A stretch of DNA of 63,589 nucleotides, counting the filler, from a bacterium (GTDB lineage Bacteria; JAMORN01), in NCBI GenBank assembly GCA_027063545.1. It is 11 parts of 11 records of this genome, joined end to end, with 100 filler letters (N's around TTAATTAATTAA, not from the genome) between each part and the next. Parts side by side here need not be neighbours in the genome. Positions count along the whole stretch, not along the records: positions 55,916 to 61,850 come from JAMORN010000165.1; positions 61,951 to 63,589 come from JAMORN010000211.1; 9 more parts are not named here. One strand, 5' to 3'. Position numbers and translations under genes: made by a program. Position 1 is the first letter of the stretch, and each line of letters starts with the position of its first letter. The notes under the pieces were generated by a model that saw only the letters and a list, made by a program, of their open reading frames with translations, was not told where the DNA came from and made no database searches. Shown in pieces: positions 59,301 through 63,589 of this stretch.

Positions 59301-59468
59301 ACAACTACAATTTTAGGTTCTCTCCCTATGGCGTTATCCAGAGGTGAAGGTAGTGAACTTTGGAATCCATTGGGAATAACAATTGTATCAGGGCTTTTAG
59401 TATCAACAATGGTAACATTGATATTTGTGCCTGTACTTTATACAATTTTTCATAGAAAGGAGGAATAA
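56376..59468 (+). CDS. RND efflux permease (AcrB/AcrD/AcrF family)
   Basis: KRPVAT, YPGA, GMVVDSAIVVLEN, GIVVNNAIVLVD, RFRPILMT; 1030 aa. Confidence 0.95.
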   Translation: MFLAKIGVKRPVATLMLFLAIFLAGSVAFYKLPLDLLPEVEMPTITVMTVYPGADAKTIEEEVTKKLESYLATVSNLEEIKSISKDNVSFITLKFSTDEEITTAENNVRTALEFAKPNLPSGIKSPVIYRLDMSQSPILEYAIISLDSNNVGLKKYVEDNIADELKKVKGVGTVLTIGGKEREIQIKLDRNKLEAYNISFDQISNILKMENLNIPAGDIKTGDLDFAIRIPGRITSLDDIKNIPITSFGGEVVYLKDIADIQDTIEKSDVYTAEGYNDAIFLAVTKQSGENTLLVVNRVKKKVKELEALMPSNVKIVLGRDNSEIITYAINNLMSTIFYGAIFIILVVFFFLRNIKNTLIIIFTIPFSLIIAFIFMYLNGYTINVLSLMSLAVAIGMVVDSAIVVLENSIRHIEKGEKPSSAAIFATSEVGSAIVASTLTTIIVLLPLLFLTGIIGKLFGQFSILASIVLLGSLFTALTFTPMLVSKLIKREEIINPKHSKLYKLMENTFNTMESFYVKILNWALDHKLLVIIISTLFFIFTLYGIKMVGTEYIPDIDTGDVTVVIKLEPGTRVEKTKKVADKVVGIIERNFKDVENITTIAGQTEQGLLSLAGYEEGTNIATIYLKIKKKSKRTQKYSSEEIAKMLRDSILKEIPGVIDVKATAAVIAQFITGGSKVELRLYGDDIDTLKIYANKIKDLLSDVKGLTSLSTDINEVKKEVRIKVDRKKLELYGINMAMVGLSVRKAIYGEKVGKLKEGNNEYEIRVIYDDKYRRTFNDIKNILIPTLTGRMVHLSEIANIEIGEVPINIIRINQQKVATITGDLDGTLPLGDVKTNIEKKLKTSLFLPKGYRLELAGFFKEQKSTFKNLSFFLLVAIILVYMVMAGQYEAYRDPFIIMFSVPFAASGAFIGFILTGTTISAISFLGIIILVGIVVNNAIVLVDYINLLRKRGYKLYDAVKQTARYRFRPILMTATTTILGSLPMALSRGEGSELWNPLGITIVSGLLVSTMVTLIFVPVLYTIFHRKEE

Positions 59469-59469
59469 T

Positions 59470-59820
59470 ATGGTATTTATATGGTCATATCCACAAGATG
59501 AGATTATTGTAGAAAAGAGCTATTATATTGTTTTTTTGGTTTATAATGAAGCAATAAGAGAAGAAGTTTTATCTATAATTAGAAAATACAATATTGAAAG
59601 CTATGATATCGTAGAATCTATTATAAATAAACCTAGACATGGAGAACCAAGATTAAAAGATGATGTATGGCCTGGAGAAGGTGAGATGTTAAGTTTTATT
59701 TGTGATTCGTCTTTAAAGGAAAAAGTGAAAAAAGATATAATAGAATTTAATAAAAATGTTGTCCATGAGAATGAAATAATAAAATTATATACATCAAAAA
59801 TAGAGGATTTAGTATACTAG
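59470..59820 (+). CDS. Small P-II-like transporter-associated protein (PG0541-like)
   Basis: GEPRLKDDVWPG motif; follows the RND permease; SD GGAGG favours ATG 59470. Confidence 0.65.
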   Translation: MVFIWSYPQDEIIVEKSYYIVFLVYNEAIREEVLSIIRKYNIESYDIVESIINKPRHGEPRLKDDVWPGEGEMLSFICDSSLKEKVKKDIIEFNKNVVHENEIIKLYTSKIEDLVY

Positions 59821-59925
59821 ATATTATTGAAAACTTAGTAAAATAAATTTAGATCTTTGTTCATTAGTAAGCCATTTATTTCCATCATCTAGTTTATTAA
59901 TATGCTCACTAAGAAGAATTAAAGA

Positions 59926-59955
59926 CTCTCCGAAGAGTTTGATCTCTTCGGAGAG
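59926..59955 (-). terminator. Intrinsic terminator hairpin between convergent operons
   Basis: Perfect 12-bp stem CTCTCCGAAGAG-N6-CTCTTCGGAGAG; T-rich tail on the minus strand after the hsp20 genes. Confidence 0.8.
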
Positions 59956-59994
59956 CCATATATTTTTATCTATCCTTCTCATTATTATCCTCTT

Positions 59995-60423
59995 TTATTT
60001 TGTTTTTAAAGTAATCTTTTTAGATTTCTTTTCTTCTTTTTTAGGTAATATTATAGTTAATACTCCATCTTTAAATTCAGCTTCAATTTTTTCTATATTT
60101 ATATCATCGGCTAATTGAAAACTTCTTTTAAATTCTCCATATACTCTTTCTGAATAATAATAGCCTTCCTCTTTTTTGTTTTCTTCTATTTCTTCTTTTT
60201 TTACTCCAGATATAGTTAATACATTATTTTCATCAATCTCAATAGAAATATCATTTTTATCTATACCTGGTAATTCAGCTTTTAGTATGTATTTATCTTT
60301 TTTTTCGATAATTTCAACAGCAGGGATTAAATCATATCTTCTATTTTCTAAATTAAACATGCTAGAGAATAACTTGTCAACTTCATTTAATACATTTATT
60401 GGATTATATTCTAAAATGTTCAT
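59995..60423 (-). CDS. Hsp20/alpha-crystallin small heat-shock protein
   Basis: PAVEI, AELPGI, ERVYGEFKRSF.L, A.FKDGVL.I.LPK. Confidence 0.95.
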   Translation of the reverse strand: MNILEYNPINVLNEVDKLFSSMFNLENRRYDLIPAVEIIEKKDKYILKAELPGIDKNDISIEIDENNVLTISGVKKEEIEENKKEEGYYYSERVYGEFKRSFQLADDINIEKIEAEFKDGVLTIILPKKEEKKSKKITLKTK

Positions 60424-60442
60424 AGCCTACCTCCTTTTTTGT

Positions 60443-60850
60443 TTATTTTACTTTTATAGAAATCTTTTTAGGCTTTTTTTCTTCTTTTTTAGGTATCACA
60501 ATTTTTAATATACCATTTTGATATATAGCATCTATTTTATCTGCGTCAGCAATATCTGGAAGTCTAAATTGTCTTTCAAACTTTCCATATTTTATTTCAG
60601 AGTATATTACGTTATCTTCCTCTTCTCTTTTTTCTTCTTTCTTTTCTCCATAAATTTTTAAAATATTATTTTGAGTTTCAATAATTATATCTTCTTTGTT
60701 TATACCTGGTACTTCCATTTGTAAAATAAAGCTATCTTCTGTTTCTTTTAAGTCAATAGGGAATTTTATAGGGATTTCATTAACTTCATCAAAAAATCTA
60801 TCAAGTATTGAATTTAAAAAGTCTCTTTTATACTCTTTTATATTTGCCAT
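60443..60850 (-). CDS. Hsp20/alpha-crystallin small heat-shock protein (paralog)
   Basis: PIDLKE, EVPGI, EIKYGKFERQF.LP, A.YQNGIL.I.IPK. Confidence 0.95.
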   Translation of the reverse strand: MANIKEYKRDFLNSILDRFFDEVNEIPIKFPIDLKETEDSFILQMEVPGINKEDIIIETQNNILKIYGEKKEEKREEEDNVIYSEIKYGKFERQFRLPDIADADKIDAIYQNGILKIVIPKKEEKKPKKISIKVK

Positions 60851-60894
60851 TTCACCCTCCTTTGTTAGTTTTTTTGTTTTCTATTTATATAAAA

Positions 60895-60911
60895 AACAAA
60901 TATAATGCCAA
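60895..60911 (-). promoter_or_regulatory. sigma54-like -24/-12 promoter upstream of the hsp20 pair
   Basis: Minus strand TTGGCATTATATTTGTT (GG-N10-GT); IHF-like TTTCAATATGTTG at 60928-60940. Confidence 0.5.
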
Positions 60912-61025
60912 ATTATAATTTATTATTTTTCAATATGTTGTAACAAAAAGTAGAAAAAATAAAAAGATATTAATATTTTTTGAAACAGATAATTTTAAAG
61001 ATAAAACATTAAGATGTTTAATATT

Positions 61026-61424
61026 TTAATTAATATTTAATATGAATTCTCTTTTTTCAATTTTTATATATATTCTATTCTCATCTATTTTATATTCTAT
61101 AATATTGTATCTACCAATATTTTTTTCATTTTTTAGAATATTATCTTTATCTTGTTCAAAGAATAAATAAAATCCATTTATGGAAAAGCTACTCCATAAA
61201 ATTAGGTATATTCCATGTTCAAAAAAGAATACATCAAAGAATTTTGTACTTTCAAATGAGTATTTCTTACCATTAAATTTATATTGGGTGTATATCTTTT
61301 TATATGTTTTTTGAGCTTTTTGTTCAAGAATTTTAAGAGTTTTTTTCTTTTTTGTAAAAGAGTATATTACTTTAATAATTATTCCAAAAATAATTCCACC
61401 TACTATAAAAAGAAAATTTTCCAT
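61026..61424 (-). CDS. Hypothetical membrane-anchored protein
   Basis: N-terminal TM helix, SD-like AAGGA upstream; no motif recognised. Confidence 0.55.
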   Translation of the reverse strand: MENFLFIVGGIIFGIIIKVIYSFTKKKKTLKILEQKAQKTYKKIYTQYKFNGKKYSFESTKFFDVFFFEHGIYLILWSSFSINGFYLFFEQDKDNILKNEKNIGRYNIIEYKIDENRIYIKIEKREFILNIN

Positions 61425-61460
61425 AATTTTATTCCTTTATTTTTTATTTTTATTTTTGTT

Positions 61461-61850
61461 ATGAAGAAAAAAATAAATTTTTATCTTTCATTTTTTACAT
61501 TTTTTATAGTTGTAGCATTAGTATTATTTCAGTGTTCTAGTAGTCTGAAAAAACAAGAAACTTCCTTTATTCTGAAAGATACTACCCAATCTTTACATGA
61601 AGAATCATATAATGAAGAAGACTTTTTATTAAATGAAAATGCTAATATAGCTGATGTATTTGATTTTGATAGAGATATAACAGTTAAGAATTCGTTAACT
61701 CATAATATATGGATAAAGGTTGCGTTAGATAGATATAAAAGGGAGGTGCTACTATTTAATATCTCTGGTGGAGTTATTATTTATAGTAAAGATAATAATA
61801 ATTTTAAACCTGTTATGAAATATAAACCTAACAAAGAAGAGCAGTTTAGA
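61461..61850 (+). CDS. Putative lipoprotein, 3'-truncated
   Basis: MKKKINFYLSFFTFFIVVALVLFQC-SSS signal with Cys; ATG 61461 preferred over the track's 61284. Confidence 0.55.
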
Positions 61851-61950
61851 NNNNNNNNNNNNNNNNNNNNNNNNNNNNNNNNNNNNNNNNNNNNTTAATT
61901 AATTAANNNNNNNNNNNNNNNNNNNNNNNNNNNNNNNNNNNNNNNNNNNN
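61851..61950. other. Artificial contig spacer
   Basis: Same 100-nt linker. Confidence 0.99.
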
Positions 61951-62015
61951 CCTCTCTCATATACAAGATAAAATAAAAATTGAAGGAATTAAATAAAAGA
62001 TTTATTTTTAGGTAT

Positions 62016-63589
62016 ATGTATAATCCTCAAAACCCTTTAATAGTCCAATCAGATTATACCCTCTTTTTGGAAATATACAATCCTTTAGGCAAAGAAGCTG
62101 AGGATAAGATTAGATTATTCTCTGAATTAGAGAAGGCTCTTGATTATATTCATAATTTTAAAATAACAACCCTTTCTTTATGGAATGCTGCTAGTATTGG
62201 CTTAACATATGATAATATAATTTCTATTTTAGAAAAGTATTCTAAGTTTCCAATTCCTGAAAATGTAAGAGAGTTTATAAAAGACACATTAGATAGATAT
62301 GGTATTTTAGTTATTTATAAAGATAGTAATGATAAATATATTTTAGAGGCAAAAGAAACTTATTTAATAGATGAGGTATATAATCGAAAGCCTTTCAATG
62401 AATTTTTTATAAGAAGAATTTCTGATAGTAAAGTTGAGTTTAACCCTTTTTATAGAGGAAGACTGAAGAGTGAATTTATAAAGCTTGGCTATCCAGTTGA
62501 TGATAGAATTGGATTTATTGAGGGAAATCATTTAGATATTGAACTTTTAAATATAACCAAATCAGGAAAAGAGTTTAAGTTAAGGGATTATCAACAGCAG
62601 GCAGTGGATGCCTTTATAAAATCTAAAGATGATACCCAAAGCTTTGGAGTTATTGTTTTGCCTTGTGGTGCAGGAAAGACGATAGTTGGTATAGGAGTAA
62701 TGACTAAAGTAAAAGAGCATACTCTTATATTGGTAACAAATATTACTTCATTAAAACAATGGAAAAGAGAAATTATTGATAAGACAACTTTGACAGAAGA
62801 CCAAATAGGAGAATTTTCTTCTGAGAAAAAAGAAATAAAACCAGTAACTATAGCTACTTATAATATACTAACTTATAGAAAGAGTAAAAAAGAGGATTAT
62901 AAATATTTTAATATATTCTCTGAAAACAATTGGGGGCTTATAATATATGATGAAGTCCATCTTCTTCCAGCACCTGTATTTAAGATAACCTCAGAAATTC
63001 AATCTAAAAGGCGTTTAGGACTTACAGCTACATTAGTAAGAGAAGATGGAAAGGAAGATGAAGTATTCTCTTTAATTGGCCCTAAAAAGTATGATATGAG
63101 TTGGAAAGATCTGGAATCTATGGGATTTATAGCAAAAGCAGTATGTAGAGAAATAAAGGTAGAATTGCCAGACGAATTAAAAAGAAAATATGCAACAGCA
63201 TCTGATAGAGAAAAATTTAAAATAGCTTCTATGAATCCTAAAAAACTGGATATATTAAAAAAGCTTCTAGAAAAGCACAAAGATGAGTATATATTAATAA
63301 TAGGACAATATATAGAGCAATTGAAATCTATTTCAAAAGAATTAGATTTACCATTAATTATTGGGGAGACTTCTGATAGTAAAAGAGAAGAATTATATGA
63401 GAAGTTTAAAAAGGGAAAGATAACAAGATTGATAGTAAGTAAAGTGGCAAATTTTTCAGTTGATTTACCAGATGCTTCAGTAGCAATTCAGATTTCGGGA
63501 ACATTCGGATCAAGACAAGAAGAAGCCCAGAGATTAGGAAGAATTTTAAGGCCTAAAAAAGATGGACGTACAGCTTATTTTTATAATAT
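62016..63589 (+). CDS. Bacterial XPB/Rad25 DNA helicase, runs off the window (not in ORF track)
   Basis: Manual translation MYNPQNPLIVQSD...SLWNAA...LRDYQ...VLPCGAGKT...DEVHLLPAP...RRLGLTATLVRED...GSRQEEAQRLGRILRPK. Confidence 0.95.
   Translation, partial: MYNPQNPLIVQSDYTLFLEIYNPLGKEAEDKIRLFSELEKALDYIHNFKITTLSLWNAASIGLTYDNIISILEKYSKFPIPENVREFIKDTLDRYGILVIYKDSNDKYILEAKETYLIDEVYNRKPFNEFFIRRISDSKVEFNPFYRGRLKSEFIKLGYPVDDRIGFIEGNHLDIELLNITKSGKEFKLRDYQQQAVDAFIKSKDDTQSFGVIVLPCGAGKTIVGIGVMTKVKEHTLILVTNITSLKQWKREIIDKTTLTEDQIGEFSSEKKEIKPVTIATYNILTYRKSKKEDYKYFNIFSENNWGLIIYDEVHLLPAPVFKITSEIQSKRRLGLTATLVREDGKEDEVFSLIGPKKYDMSWKDLESMGFIAKAVCREIKVELPDELKRKYATASDREKFKIASMNPKKLDILKKLLEKHKDEYILIIGQYIEQLKSISKELDLPLIIGETSDSKREELYEKFKKGKITRLIVSKVANFSVDLPDASVAIQISGTFGSRQEEAQRLGRILRPKKDGRTAYFYN

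Noticed and set aside
7426-63280. Other short antisense or overlapping ORFs in the track (e.g. 7426-7752, 11247-11531, 14504-14761, 29196-29429, 38259-38552, 43353-43691, 54631-55164, 60176-60508, 62999-63280)
   Set aside because: Each overlaps a confidently identified gene on the opposite strand and has no recognisable features
1-63589. tRNA, rRNA, riboswitch, CRISPR array or IS element
   Set aside because: Intergenic regions are short and AT-rich; I found no cloverleaf, repeat-spacer pattern or transposase by eye (an Infernal/tRNAscan run would be needed to exclude small RNAs)

Overview
This window is not one locus. It is 11 short contigs of a very AT-rich bacterial draft or metagenome-assembled genome, joined by ten identical 100-nt spacers (N-run, TTAATTAATTAA, N-run). 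The complete internal contigs shrink steadily from 6295 to 5935 bp, so they are sorted by size and gene order across a spacer carries no information. Gene content (LptD, HldD, short Bacteroidetes-like RpoD, TtuA, thermophile-type KaiC pair, Fe-S oxidoreductases) points by inference to a flagellated, diderm, probably thermophilic anaerobe of the FCB superphylum. Contents by contig: (1) flgB-flgC-fliEFGHIJ; (2) cheA-cheW converging on mutS, a KaiC-like ATPase and its partner; (3) ttuA, a NifX/MinD-4Fe4S/methyltransferase cluster, a multiply disrupted ECF sigma/anti-sigma/Spy-like operon, aroA; (4) radical SAM, lptD, PTS IIA-like, nucleotidyltransferase, lipoprotein, TraF-like barrel; (5) purU, sigma70, cutA, panBC, hisGE, phosphoesterase, ABC ATPases; (6) internally deleted mscS, slyD, AAA ATPase, aminotransferase, wbqC cluster; (7) hldD, a Ggs/MggS-like compatible-solute cluster with a HAD gene, queA, Nth-like gene; (8) a tight operon of degenerate histidine kinase, two UbiA prenyltransferases, polysaccharide deacetylase, TPR protein, an uncalled ferredoxin and an archaeal-type geranylgeranyl reductase, which is the most interesting locus; (9) UvrD, HAD, StnBC-like flavin/Fe-S oxidoreductase; (10) RND pump, two Hsp20s with a sigma54-like promoter; (11) XPB helicase. 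I saw no rRNA, tRNA, CRISPR array or transposase. All family calls come from motif recognition by eye, not database searches.
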